From Alkalispirochaeta sp. (GTDB lineage: Bacteria; Spirochaetota; Spirochaetia; DSM-27196; Alkalispirochaetaceae): 64,000 nt of DNA. Positions 42,021-51,943 of this stretch are shown one piece after another. The DNA lies in contig OZ271854.1 in assembly GCA_965601925.1 (NCBI GenBank), positions 2,112,001 through 2,176,000 of the forward strand. Direction: 5' to 3'. The notes beneath the pieces were generated by a model that was given only the letters and a program-made list of their open reading frames with translations, was not told the DNA's origin and searched no databases. Each line of letters begins with the position of its first letter. The first letter of the stretch is position 1. The position numbers and the translations under genes were made by a program.

Positions 42021-42602
42021 ATGGCGCGGCCACGGGAATTTGACGAAGACCACGCGGTGGACTGTGCGCTCCACGCGTTCTGGCGGAACGGCTACGGGGC
42101 GACGTCCCTCCCGGACTTGCTTGAGGCCATGCGACTCTCTCGTGGGAGCCTCTACAAGGCGTTCGGTGACAAACACACGCTCTATCTGCGCGCGTTGGAG
42201 CGATATCTGATCGATGCACGTCGAGAGCTCGCTCGGACGTTGAACGAGGATCCTTCGGCACGCCACGCCGTTCGCGCATGGCTGATGAGGGTGGCGGAGA
42301 TGGCGACCGGAACGGACGTTCGACGCGGCTGTTTCGCCGTCAACAGCGAAGTGGAGCTGGGACCGCGCGACGGCGACGTGCGCTCGCTGCTTCATGAGCA
42401 CAATCATGCTATCGAAGAAATCGTGGCGAGCACGCTTCGTCGGGGTATCGCATCGGGAGAGATTGGATCGGATATCTCGCCCGAGGCGGTGGCACGAACG
42501 CTACGTCTGTTGACTTCGGGGCTGCAAGTGGGCGGAAAGTCGACTCTGAACGCGGAAGAAGCGACCCAGAGCGTAGAAACCGCCTTGCGGTTGCTGGAGT
42601 GA
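42021..42602 (+). CDS. TetR/AcrR family regulator (NemR/ComR-like)
   Basis: MARPREFD...FWRNGYGATS...RGSLYKAFGDK, GCFAVNS. Confidence 0.95.
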   Translation: MARPREFDEDHAVDCALHAFWRNGYGATSLPDLLEAMRLSRGSLYKAFGDKHTLYLRALERYLIDARRELARTLNEDPSARHAVRAWLMRVAEMATGTDVRRGCFAVNSEVELGPRDGDVRSLLHEHNHAIEEIVASTLRRGIASGEIGSDISPEAVARTLRLLTSGLQVGGKSTLNAEEATQSVETALRLLE

Positions 42603-42646
42603 TTTTTTTTGGATTAAAAGGGACCATTCGGTTCCTAATATAGTAA

Positions 42647-42666
42647 TAGAAACCGATTGGTTTCTA
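42647..42666. promoter_or_regulatory. TetR-type palindromic operator
   Basis: TAGAAACC-GATT-GGTTTCTA; related sites GGGACCATTCGGTTCC (42620-42635) and TGACTGATCGGTTC in the tetR promoter (~41987-42000). Confidence 0.7.
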
Positions 42667-42681
42667 AAAAAGGAGCTCACT

Positions 42682-43425
42682 ATGAGCAGATTCGAGAATA
42701 AGAGAGTGGTCGTGACCGGCGGTACGAGCGGCATCGGCAAGGCTACGGCGGCACGCTTGGTGAAAGAGGGCGCAAGGGTGCTCGTTACGGGAACTGCGGC
42801 ATCGCGTTTGCAGGACGTTCGTGACGAACTTGGCGTGGTTGCGATCGAGAACGATGCGGGTGACGCAGACGGGGCGAAGGCACTCGCGCTTGCCGTGAAA
42901 GAGCATTTGGGCGGGGTCGACGCCGTGTTCGTGAACGCCGGCTTCGGTGAGTTTTCGCCGGTGACCGAGTTCACCGTCGATTCTTTCGACCGACAGTTCA
43001 GTGTCAATCTTCGCGGGCCCCTTCTTCAGATTCAGGCTCTGGCGGAGCTGCTTTCGGACGGCGGTTCGATCGTCTTCAACACGTCGGTGGTTAATCGCGT
43101 GGGCATGGCCGGGGCGAGTGTCTACGGTGCCACAAAGGCGGCTCTGCGCCACTCGACCCGCGTTCTCGCAGCCGAGCTCGCTCCGAGAGGGATTCGCGTC
43201 AACGCAGTGAGTCCAGGCCCGATCGATACGAACTTTTTCTCACGTACCGGCATGCCGGAAGAAGCCATTCAAGGCATGGCCGCTCAGATTCTATCTCAGG
43301 TGCCGTTGGGCCGTTTCGGCACGGCCGACGATGTAGCTGCGGTGGCAACCTTCCTGTTATCCGACGACGCTGCGTTCGTGACCGGCTCGGAGTACGCGGT
43401 CGACGGCGGGATGACCGAGGTCTGA
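42682..43425 (+). CDS. SDR family oxidoreductase
   Basis: VVTGGTSGIG, VNAG, YGATK, VSPGPIDT, VDGG. Confidence 0.95.
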   Translation: MSRFENKRVVVTGGTSGIGKATAARLVKEGARVLVTGTAASRLQDVRDELGVVAIENDAGDADGAKALALAVKEHLGGVDAVFVNAGFGEFSPVTEFTVDSFDRQFSVNLRGPLLQIQALAELLSDGGSIVFNTSVVNRVGMAGASVYGATKAALRHSTRVLAAELAPRGIRVNAVSPGPIDTNFFSRTGMPEEAIQGMAAQILSQVPLGRFGTADDVAAVATFLLSDDAAFVTGSEYAVDGGMTEV

Positions 43426-44011
43426 CGTCGACCCGACGGGATCGAGCACTTCCTTTCGCCCCGCCCCGGAGCCCGACGCCGGATCGGCGGCGATTGGATC
43501 GGTGCAGATTCGGCTTTGGATTCCACGGCCCGTTTGCCGACAGTCAATCCGGCGTGTGATGTCCCCGATTTTGCTCGCATGACGATTGCGTGAGCCGCCG
43601 GCTACGTCGGCGAACATGGTGAACCGATTGGCGCGGTAATTGCCGGGCGCAGTCGCTGAACGGCTCATAATCCAAAGAGTGGCCTCACGTCCATCTTACG
43701 ACGGCGGCGTGCCGGTGATGGGATATTGTATGATAAACCGCCCGACGGACGTCCATGAAAATGACCATTCGTCGAACCGTGTGGTGCCGGCGTTTCCCGT
43801 TCCAACACGACGACCACTGGTCCATGTTGAACACACAACTACGCGACGCCGTTGACCACCACTTTCTTGACTACTTGGCGGATGGATCGTTTTGTTGAGA
43901 TCTTTCTCCGTCGTGGCCTCCGAGGTTGGCGGCTGTCCCGATATCCACCGACGAACAGCGTTGCGGTCCCCTGAACGGAATGATCGATAATCGGTGTGCT
44001 ATACTCCGCCG

Positions 44012-44620
44012 ATGATACCGGAGTTTTACGCCATCGTTGGGGGTGGCATCGGATCACTTGGAGGTTTCGTCTACCTGTTCCATACCGCCGCAGGCAAGAC
44101 AAAACCGAATCGGGTGACTTGGCTGCTCTGGGGTCTGTTCCCCATGATCATTTTCGTAGCCCAGCGTGCGCAAGGGGTGGAGGGGCTATCATGGGCAACG
44201 TTCGCCGCCGGATTCACTCCCCTTCTCATCGTAGTGACCTCGTTCCTGAACGCCAAGGCGTACTGGAAAACGGAGCCGAACGACTACTATCTGATGGCGG
44301 CGGCGATGATCGGAATTGTTCTTTGGGCAGTCACAAAGAATGCCAATCTTGCGATCGTTTTTTCCCTCGGCGCCGATGTGCTGGCAAGCCTGCCGACGCT
44401 TGTTAAAGCCTACAAGCACCCCGAAACCGAAAGTTGGCTCGCCTACGCAGTGAGCGCAGTTGGGTTCGGCATAGGCGTACTGGCCATCCAGGTTTTCTCG
44501 TTTGAGAGCGGCGCGTTCATTTCATACATCTTTTTGCTGAATGCGATACTTGCCGTATTTGCGTTGCGGAAGGGAGTTGAACCAACATCACGGTCAAATC
44601 CTCAATCGGATACCGGATAG
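44012..44620 (+). CDS. Hypothetical multi-pass membrane protein
   Basis: About 7 TM segments; TKPNRVTWLLW and PTLVKAYKHPETES; extended -10 TGCTATACT 6 nt before the ATG. Confidence 0.8.
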   Translation: MIPEFYAIVGGGIGSLGGFVYLFHTAAGKTKPNRVTWLLWGLFPMIIFVAQRAQGVEGLSWATFAAGFTPLLIVVTSFLNAKAYWKTEPNDYYLMAAAMIGIVLWAVTKNANLAIVFSLGADVLASLPTLVKAYKHPETESWLAYAVSAVGFGIGVLAIQVFSFESGAFISYIFLLNAILAVFALRKGVEPTSRSNPQSDTG

Positions 44621-45206
44621 CACCAACGACTGTTGAATCCGACTCAGACGTCGGACGGTAACTCCGTCCCGTCAAGAGCAATACCCGGGCCGTATCGTCC
44701 CGCGAAGGCGAGTGTAAGATGACAACCGCATCGCCTGCGCCCTCACAGGAGCGTAGCGACGCAAGCAACCGGTGCAAGTGCGGGTGGTGATATGACGGCG
44801 ATTACGACCATCGGAAATTCCCAAGACACCGGGAACATCTTCCAACACCCGGTCGGAATCGGTCGGCCGCCACCGGGTTTGACCGCGATTGCCGCACCGA
44901 GCGGTTTCCTTGCGCACGCTTGGTGAGAAACGTACGTGTGTTTCCCGTTCAAAGCCCGCCCGGGACCAACCATTTCTCCCTCATCGTCGCGTGTGTCCTT
45001 TCTTTCGAGCGGTGGGGTCGCCGCCATTCGCGTATAAATTCGCCTGTCAGCGCGGTTTTGCGCCGCCGCTCCGAGATACCTTTTCTACCGCTCGACGAGA
45101 CCGGAGGCGATCAAGAGCGCGCTAATCGCACGTCGGCCGATCCGGTCGGCGCTCGACGTCATGTATCGACGGGAGCGACGCAATGCGCCGTTCCCGTTGC
45201 CTACCG

Positions 45207-46577
45207 CTACTCGTGGCTTTCGTTCGCCCGCCGCGCCAAGCGTAGGACGATATCGGCGTGGCTATCGATCACAGTGCGAATCGATGGCTCCGAAACATCG
45301 GCAAACTCCGATTGCAAAGCGGATAGCTCCGCGGCCGCGCCGTCGTAGTCGCCCCGCGCGACGGTATACAGAAATCCGTTAAGCGCGGCTACCGCTTGAA
45401 GGTTCAACGGACTCTCGGTTATGACGCTCTGTGATAGTAACCTCGGTATCAGTGCGTCGTTCGCCGGATCGGCATCTCTCACGAGGGTGTCCGACAGGTT
45501 AATGGCGACCATGGCGTCGCCCGACGCCTCTTCGACGGCGATCTCGGCATCGAGTTCCTCAGTTTCGTTGAATACACTGCTGGTCACCAGATAGCCGTTC
45601 TCAAATAGCACGTACGCTTCGTTGTGCGTCGGGAGTAAATTGAACCCCCCTGAAACGATTTCCCTCGTTATGGTGCCGGAGGGCATGTCAAGGGCGAGGT
45701 TTGTTGCAAACACAACAACGTACTGTGCCCCCTCGCGCCGAAAGGAATCGTTTAGCGGCGCGACTCGAAGTCGCGCGACGAGAGGCTGCCCCTCCTCGGC
45801 GTAACCGCCGACGACCATCTCCGAGAGTGTTTGTGCCTCGGCGGCGGCGGCTGGGAACTCGGAGAAAAACCGGGCGCGGAGTTCATCCATAACCTCAAAG
45901 TCGAGAGTTTCGAGGAGTTCCAACTCTGCCAACAATGACATCGTAATATATGCCTGATGGAGCGGTGGTACGCGGAACGCCGTTTCGAACGACTCAACGG
46001 CACGAAAGGCGGTCTCCCCGTCCGACAGCGCGTTGATATCGATGTCTTCCGTTCCGGGAAAATGGACACGCCTATCGAGTACGGCAAAGTCTGGAAATCG
46101 TTCATCCATGTTCACGAAATCAACCGTCGCATAGTTTCGCACAGGGGCCAGATTCGCGCGGCTGAGTGCTGAATTAAACGTCACGTTCCAGCTTCCGAAG
46201 TAGACGATTTCCCCCGCCGTAATAACGACCGGTTCGCGAACTCTTTCGACATCGTCAAGGTTAATAGTTCCGCTCAAGTTCCCGCGAGAAAGGCCGATGC
46301 GAGAGGCGCTATATTCACCGGGTGGAACGGGCACGAGGACGAGCGGAGATCTATCGGTGCCGACAAACTCGATAACGACCCGCTCTTCACCCTGCAGCAC
46401 CAGAGACGCACTCACATCGTCTTCCGAGAGGCGAGCCAGGAGATAACCCATAGTGGGATCCACGGTCTCGTTTGGACGCACCGCGGATGTCGGAGGCGTC
46501 ACGCATCCGCTAAGAATCAATACACTCATCACCGCAAGCAATATGACGCGACAAGTTTTTGTATACACGTTCCTCAC
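45207..46577 (-). CDS. Hypothetical lipoprotein (456 aa)
   Basis: Signal peptide with lipobox ILSGC; long ORF with protein-like composition. Confidence 0.8.
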   Translation of the reverse strand: MRNVYTKTCRVILLAVMSVLILSGCVTPPTSAVRPNETVDPTMGYLLARLSEDDVSASLVLQGEERVVIEFVGTDRSPLVLVPVPPGEYSASRIGLSRGNLSGTINLDDVERVREPVVITAGEIVYFGSWNVTFNSALSRANLAPVRNYATVDFVNMDERFPDFAVLDRRVHFPGTEDIDINALSDGETAFRAVESFETAFRVPPLHQAYITMSLLAELELLETLDFEVMDELRARFFSEFPAAAAEAQTLSEMVVGGYAEEGQPLVARLRVAPLNDSFRREGAQYVVVFATNLALDMPSGTITREIVSGGFNLLPTHNEAYVLFENGYLVTSSVFNETEELDAEIAVEEASGDAMVAINLSDTLVRDADPANDALIPRLLSQSVITESPLNLQAVAALNGFLYTVARGDYDGAAAELSALQSEFADVSEPSIRTVIDSHADIVLRLARRANESHE

Positions 46578-46787
46578 TCCATTCGTAAAATATATTAAAG
46601 AACGACGAAAACTTTACATTTGGAAGCAATGCCGCATCGTAAATTATTTTCGAGATATGATAAACACTCTTTCTTCGTTAATCTAACAAATACGGTTCGT
46701 CGAGTGCCGGGTAGGCACTACAATTTCCCCGGCCGCGACCGCACACAAGCGGTACGTCGCCCGCGCCTTGTGCCCAACCATTCGCCC

Positions 46788-47447
46788 CTACAACAATCGA
46801 AAGGAGCTGTTCAAATGAACCAGTACATGCCTCGTCAGCGGCATAGTCACTATGCCGGCAATGTTTTTCTTGCCCCAAAAATCCAACAACCACGTGTCCG
46901 TGTCTGCGACCGATCCTATACTCTGTATCTTTTTAAGGGACTCCGAGCCGACTTTTCTTTTGAGGTCGGATAGCGTCAATGTCTGTAACGCGGCCCTGGT
47001 TTTCTTGCCCGTCGCATCTCGGTAGCTCCGCAACTGCTCAATACTGATCTGTGCATTGAATACCTGCATATCATCGTACTTCATGCTGTTTCCGGTATGG
47101 CGGAACGGTATACCCAGCCGGTCTCGAAAACGCTTGTTATGGTAGACCTCTTCATCGGCACAGAGAAAATGACTCACGGCAATGTCCTCGATTCTCGCAC
47201 TGTGCCACAGATGCCAGGCAATAGAGTACAACTTTGTCCGGGAGAATCGTCTGATCATCTCCGCATCACAACTTTTCCACAAGGTGTCTTCGTACGTGTC
47301 CGCACCGCTTGAAGATACCGATGCCGCGTGAACAAACTGGTGTAGATTCAGCATCATCTCCGATGTTTCACGGACGTAACCATCTTTGAGGATTATGCCC
47401 TTCAGTTTCTTGATTGTTGCGTTCCATTCTTTGACGCCGGTAATCAT
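46788..47447 (-). CDS. DinB family protein
   Basis: YSIAWHLWHSARIED and C-terminal TRHVLVHLN His motifs. Confidence 0.85.
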   Translation of the reverse strand: MITGVKEWNATIKKLKGIILKDGYVRETSEMMLNLHQFVHAASVSSSGADTYEDTLWKSCDAEMIRRFSRTKLYSIAWHLWHSARIEDIAVSHFLCADEEVYHNKRFRDRLGIPFRHTGNSMKYDDMQVFNAQISIEQLRSYRDATGKKTRAALQTLTLSDLKRKVGSESLKKIQSIGSVADTDTWLLDFWGKKNIAGIVTMPLTRHVLVHLNSSFRLL

Positions 47448-47510
47448 TACTCACGCTCCCATTGCGGTTTACTCGTATTCGATTACGGTACATCTCCCGC
47501 GCACGCGTCT

Positions 47511-47984
47511 TTAGAGTTGGTCGGCAAAGTGATCGGGGGCGCGTCCCCTCAACTGCTCGTTTAAGAGGGCGTTTAGTTCCCCGAGGTGGTATTGACTATG
47601 GCGGAGCAAAAAAAGCGCGACGCTCTGGGCGGTCTCCCCTGCCCAGGGGTACTCTTCGTTCTTGCCGTCAGCGTCCATCTCCCGGATCCAGGTTTCGGTT
47701 TTCCGCGCGACGGTTTCGACCATGAAGAGCACATTCTCCACGTCGGGAAGCGCGCTTTTATCGATCTCCGAGGAGCGATTATCGATGAACGATCCATCTT
47801 TACGCATTAACAGCATTCTCCCTTCGATGTAGAAGATCGCGCTTTGGAGGATATGCAGGGCCAGCCTATCGGGTTGGGTGACGCCGAATCCTAGGCTTCT
47901 CCACGAGGCCTCGTCGAAATCCCGGCAGACACACCGATAGGTTCTCCAGACGTGGGCGTATTGATTGAGTAGCTCCCGTTTCAT
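47511..47984 (-). CDS. DinB family protein
   Basis: LALHILQS...LLRHSQYHLGEL His triad; RBS AAGGAG. Confidence 0.85.
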   Translation of the reverse strand: MKRELLNQYAHVWRTYRCVCRDFDEASWRSLGFGVTQPDRLALHILQSAIFYIEGRMLLMRKDGSFIDNRSSEIDKSALPDVENVLFMVETVARKTETWIREMDADGKNEEYPWAGETAQSVALFLLRHSQYHLGELNALLNEQLRGRAPDHFADQL

Positions 47985-48033
47985 CTCTTAGCTCCTTTCG
48001 TTTTGTTCAACGTGAGCTCGAGAGTACACCGGA

Positions 48034-48059
48034 AACTATGACACCTCTGTGTCGTAGTT
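48034..48059. promoter_or_regulatory. Putative WYL-regulator binding palindrome upstream of the dinB genes
   Basis: AACTATGACAC-CTCT-GTGTCGTAGTT; on the minus strand TGTCAT is followed 11 nt later by TACTCT. Confidence 0.6.
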
Positions 48060-48965
48060 GTTGCGACAAAGTGCCTTTTTCAGCACTTCGATGAAGCCGG
48101 TTCGAAGCGATTCGGGCTGTACGACTTTGACATAGGGTGCCATACCCAACAGCTGGGAGTAGAGCCATTCGTTAATTTCGTAGTGTAGGTGAACGATTAT
48201 TTTTTCGCCCACGACACGACATTTTGCCGGTTCGATGTAGTCGGGCAGTATGTGCTGATTGTCCCGGTCTATCTCCAGGACGATCTCCTCTCGGTTCCAA
48301 TCGTCGTCTCCACCGCTTTCCCACGGCAGGTCCGCAGGCATCTCGGTCAATGAGAACTTCTCATCCGATAGTTCGCACCGGGCGATCCGGCTCACTTTGA
48401 ACATCCTGAAATCGGAGCGCAGGTCGCAATGCCCGAAGGCGTACCACCTCGAGTTGATTAACACCAAGCAGTAGGGGCAGAAGACTCTCGTCGTTTTATT
48501 GAATCGCACATCGTAGTAGGTCATGGTCACTTTCCGTTGCATGTCCCGTCCCTTGGAAAGGACCGAAAGATGCGTTTGGAAGTCGCTACTGTTACAGGCG
48601 GGGTTCAACTGAACGACCAGCTTTTTGTTGTCTAAGTCATGAGCATCCAGACTCAAAAACTTGTTGTAGATGGAACTCACTTCCGAATAGGGAGTTACTC
48701 CTTCGAGCTCTTTCAGAAAAGTGTAGAGAACTCCGGCCTCCTCTCTGTTCAAAAAGCCCTTTTCGAGTCTGAAGTTCTCCTGTAATTGATACCCGCCGTT
48801 GACTCCCACATCGGCATAGAGGGGAACGCCGGCCATGTTGAGCGTATCGAGATCTCTTTGGATGGTGCGGACCGAGACCTCAAAGTGTTCCGAGAGCTGT
48901 TTCGCCGTGACCTTCTTTTTATTGATCAGCATCATCACAATACCGATCAGTCTGTCGATCTTCAT
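48036..48965 (-). CDS. YafY-family HTH-WYL transcriptional regulator
   Basis: MKIDRLIGI...FEVSVRTIQRDL...GVNGGY HTH; WYAFGHC...FRMFKVSRI WYL domain. Confidence 0.95.
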   Translation of the reverse strand: MKIDRLIGIVMMLINKKKVTAKQLSEHFEVSVRTIQRDLDTLNMAGVPLYADVGVNGGYQLQENFRLEKGFLNREEAGVLYTFLKELEGVTPYSEVSSIYNKFLSLDAHDLDNKKLVVQLNPACNSSDFQTHLSVLSKGRDMQRKVTMTYYDVRFNKTTRVFCPYCLVLINSRWYAFGHCDLRSDFRMFKVSRIARCELSDEKFSLTEMPADLPWESGGDDDWNREEIVLEIDRDNQHILPDYIEPAKCRVVGEKIIVHLHYEINEWLYSQLLGMAPYVKVVQPESLRTGFIEVLKKALCRNNYDTEVS

Positions 48966-49144
48966 GGTTGAGAGATCCTTTGACCGCGAGACTATTCGAT
49001 TATAGGAGCGTCGATTGCAGTGTGCAAGCGAGACACCGACAAGACGGTAGTTGCAATTATCGGCGATCTCCAAAGCATGCGGGAGCATCCTTCGATATTG
49101 ATTCAACACCGAGTGGTCGCCGCCGCTTTTGCGCTACTCAGCGA

Positions 49145-50272
49145 TTAACACAACACCTCTTTATCAAGCCACGTTTCAATATCCCGGCTGATATTCAGTA
49201 TTGAGTCATCCAAAGACAGGCGTATTCCCTGACAACCGACCTGACACGGTTCATTGTGCAGCTTCCTATCGCAGCCGTATCCTCTTGCAATTTTTTCTCG
49301 CAAAGACAACGGGAACTGTTCAATAAGATCCGGATATCTATCTGCTTTTTTGGCTCGTACAACTAAGCAATAGCCGTGGCGTGTAGACAGAGAAAAGTCC
49401 CATACCCGTCGCTGATATACATCCCGTGGGGATAAGACCCGCCGGCTACTCTTGACATGTGCATACGCAAAATGAACTTCGAAGGTTGATATGAGCGTTG
49501 CGCAGGTCATTCCCATATCGATATGACGCCGATGTAGTTCCAACGCAAACGTTTGGACTTCTTCGCGCAGGGGATGCAAGAAGTCTTTTAAGATATCCGA
49601 TGGGTCCGTATCTTCCGCTTTCAGTAACCGGTAATCGCAGCGTAGAAGATTATCGTGATTGTTGTCGTTCTTGTACCGCTTCACTCGCAGTGCTATATCG
49701 GCAATCGACATGACCTTGAGCCCCGTGAGCAAGATGGGAGCGCTCGGATACGATACTTCTAATCGTACTTCCGAAAGACTGAGCGGCTTCGTTTCTCCAT
49801 CAATGCCGATAAAAACGAAACCGCAGAGTGTTAAAAAACGCACACATTCCATAAACTTAGAAACGGGGTTCTTGGGCTTCTTTTTATTTCCTTTTTCGTC
49901 GATTGAGGCGGCAAATGAGGGTATTTCAGTTATCAGCAGTGAATCGCCGCTTCCGGCCGGCGTACCGTGATACCCTATGTCGGCCAGCAGGTCGGTGATA
50001 TGATATAGAAACGGATAGTCTGTCGCAGTCTTCGGTTTTTTCGGCAACGTGAAGTATGCATGTCCGTCCGAGATAAGGCGGTCGAAAAACACATACAAAA
50101 AATCCCTGAATGCAACAACGCCGCTTCGTATATCGTCCTCGCTTGCAACGTCTGCAAACATGGGTCTCAGGGCGTACGTCTTGGGTATGTCGGCCGGTAT
50201 CAAGTTTCTTATGTATTGAGCGATTTCACTGATGGGCTTTTGCCGTACCGGACAGCCGTGATAGGTACTTAT
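49145..50272 (-). CDS. Hypothetical protein (~352-375 aa)
   Basis: Long ORF with C-terminal GYGCDRK...PCQVGC; start is TTG 50203 or an in-frame ATA 50272 after AAGGAG. Confidence 0.8.
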   Translation of the reverse strand: MSTYHGCPVRQKPISEIAQYIRNLIPADIPKTYALRPMFADVASEDDIRSGVVAFRDFLYVFFDRLISDGHAYFTLPKKPKTATDYPFLYHITDLLADIGYHGTPAGSGDSLLITEIPSFAASIDEKGNKKKPKNPVSKFMECVRFLTLCGFVFIGIDGETKPLSLSEVRLEVSYPSAPILLTGLKVMSIADIALRVKRYKNDNNHDNLLRCDYRLLKAEDTDPSDILKDFLHPLREEVQTFALELHRRHIDMGMTCATLISTFEVHFAYAHVKSSRRVLSPRDVYQRRVWDFSLSTRHGYCLVVRAKKADRYPDLIEQFPLSLREKIARGYGCDRKLHNEPCQVGCQGIRLSLDDSILNISRDIETWLDKEVLC

Positions 50273-50309
50273 TGTTCGCTCCTTCCGTTTTTATTATTAC
50301 ACTGCTTCC

Positions 50310-50333
50310 AATACGGCGCCAGGATGTCATATT
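50310..50333. promoter_or_regulatory. Second putative WYL binding site
   Basis: AATACGGCG-CCAGGA-TGTCATATT, with the same TAYGRCR-N6-TGTCRTA geometry as 48034-48059, upstream of the 49145 gene. Confidence 0.45.
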
Positions 50334-51115
50334 AATGCAGTCGTAACGTCATTTTTGAATTAGAAGAGGAAACAGCATTCGATGAGTCCTTTGAAGTATC
50401 GACGATAGCACGCTTAAGGTGACCGTAGTGTTTTTCGGAGCCGATCACCCCCCATGCATTTCAGAATAAGAGCAATGAACGAATCGACATGCTCCTACGT
50501 CGTTCCCTTTTCTAAATCTTTTACTCTTCAACACTACTGCCTTTGACAAATCATTGACATACAACGCCTTATGAGTAGCCGAAGCCGAGACACAACAACG
50601 CATCCGTTCGATGGTGCCGCGTTACCGTAGCGGCATTGCGGTCGCTTGCAGACGCTTATCGTATCGGCTGGACATGCAAGACGTGCTCGGCGTCACATCA
50701 CGCTCGTCCTATAGTTTTCACATCTTGTGTTCCGGTGCAGTTTATCGATGTATGTTTTTCGACTGAGTTTGCCTCAGTTCTTTATCTCAGATGTGTTCGC
50801 TTTCCCGACGTTATCTCCGCACTACACTACGTGCGGCATAACACCGCGTCCAGCTGCGGGCTACGGTCCGGAGTCGCGAAACGGCGGAGGGATCGGCGCC
50901 GGTTTTGCGCGTGCAAAAGCCGTGACGAAGCAGCTTGACTGGTCCGGCGATATGTTGCCGACACATGACGCATCGCAAGACGATACATTGCGTCTTTACC
51001 GTCTGCCTTCCCGGTAGGATTCGGAGGCTCATCTTGTCGTTTTTGCCGCTCCAACATACGATCTGACAACATTCACTGCTTGGTTCATAATACGTTCGTA
51101 ACGGATGGAAGGCCT

Positions 51116-51715
51116 ATGCAGCAATCAATGACTATTGTTCCGTTCAACCAACTGGATCAAGGACAACTGTACCGCGCCTCTTATCTGTTCTCGGATTCAT
51201 TCTATGAGTGGTTTTCTTTCTTCTCAAAGGACAGGGCAAGACTCGCAAAGGCGTTCGTGCCGAGCTTTGACCTATCCCGCTTCTACGCGTTGGTACGAGA
51301 AGAAGTTCCCGTTGCCATTGCGTGTTTGAGTCCGCTGAATAGCCCAAGCGTCCGCATGCACAGAAGGGCGTGTATTCAGAATCTAGGCCTCCTCAGGGGA
51401 GGGCTTGCATATACGTTGTTACGTAGGGAGTTTGGAAAGCGGTACCCTATCGGTGTCGAGGGCGACTTCGCGCTTGAGTTTGTAGCAACTGCATCAGAGC
51501 ATAGACGTCGTGGGTACTCGAAAACGCTGATCGGGAGGTTGTTGGAAGACGTGGTCGCCGCGGTTCATCTCGAAGTCGCGTCTACGAACGCTGCCGCGAT
51601 GGACCTTTACACGTCGGTTGGATTTCTTGAGACGCTCAGAATCGAGAACAAGCATGCGAATCGATCCGGTTTCAGCCATTATGTCTATATGACAAGACCT
51701 GGTACGGGTATGTAG
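51116..51715 (+). CDS. GNAT family N-acetyltransferase
   Basis: LEFVATASEHRRRGYSKTL, LEVASTNAAAMDLYTSVGF. Confidence 0.9.
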   Translation: MQQSMTIVPFNQLDQGQLYRASYLFSDSFYEWFSFFSKDRARLAKAFVPSFDLSRFYALVREEVPVAIACLSPLNSPSVRMHRRACIQNLGLLRGGLAYTLLRREFGKRYPIGVEGDFALEFVATASEHRRRGYSKTLIGRLLEDVVAAVHLEVASTNAAAMDLYTSVGFLETLRIENKHANRSGFSHYVYMTRPGTGM

Positions 51716-51943
51716 AGCGAGACACAAACCGCCTGGGAACAGGAACAATCCTGAGGTAAGGATATCTCCCACCTGAGTGAGGCGGGGTCGGAGTAGAGCT
51801 GCCGCGGAACCAATGGTCCAATCATCCTGCAATCGCCCTGACAAAGGAGGGTCGGCGTGCAGCGAACATGGTATCCGGCATCCAAGACACCGAATCAGGC
51901 CGTCTTATTTGCGGTCGGTCTCAAGTAGGGTACGGTTTGCACC

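Noticed and set aside
43430..43990. Long intergenic stretch with short ORFs
   Set aside because: No family motif, convincing RBS or RNA structure that I could support.
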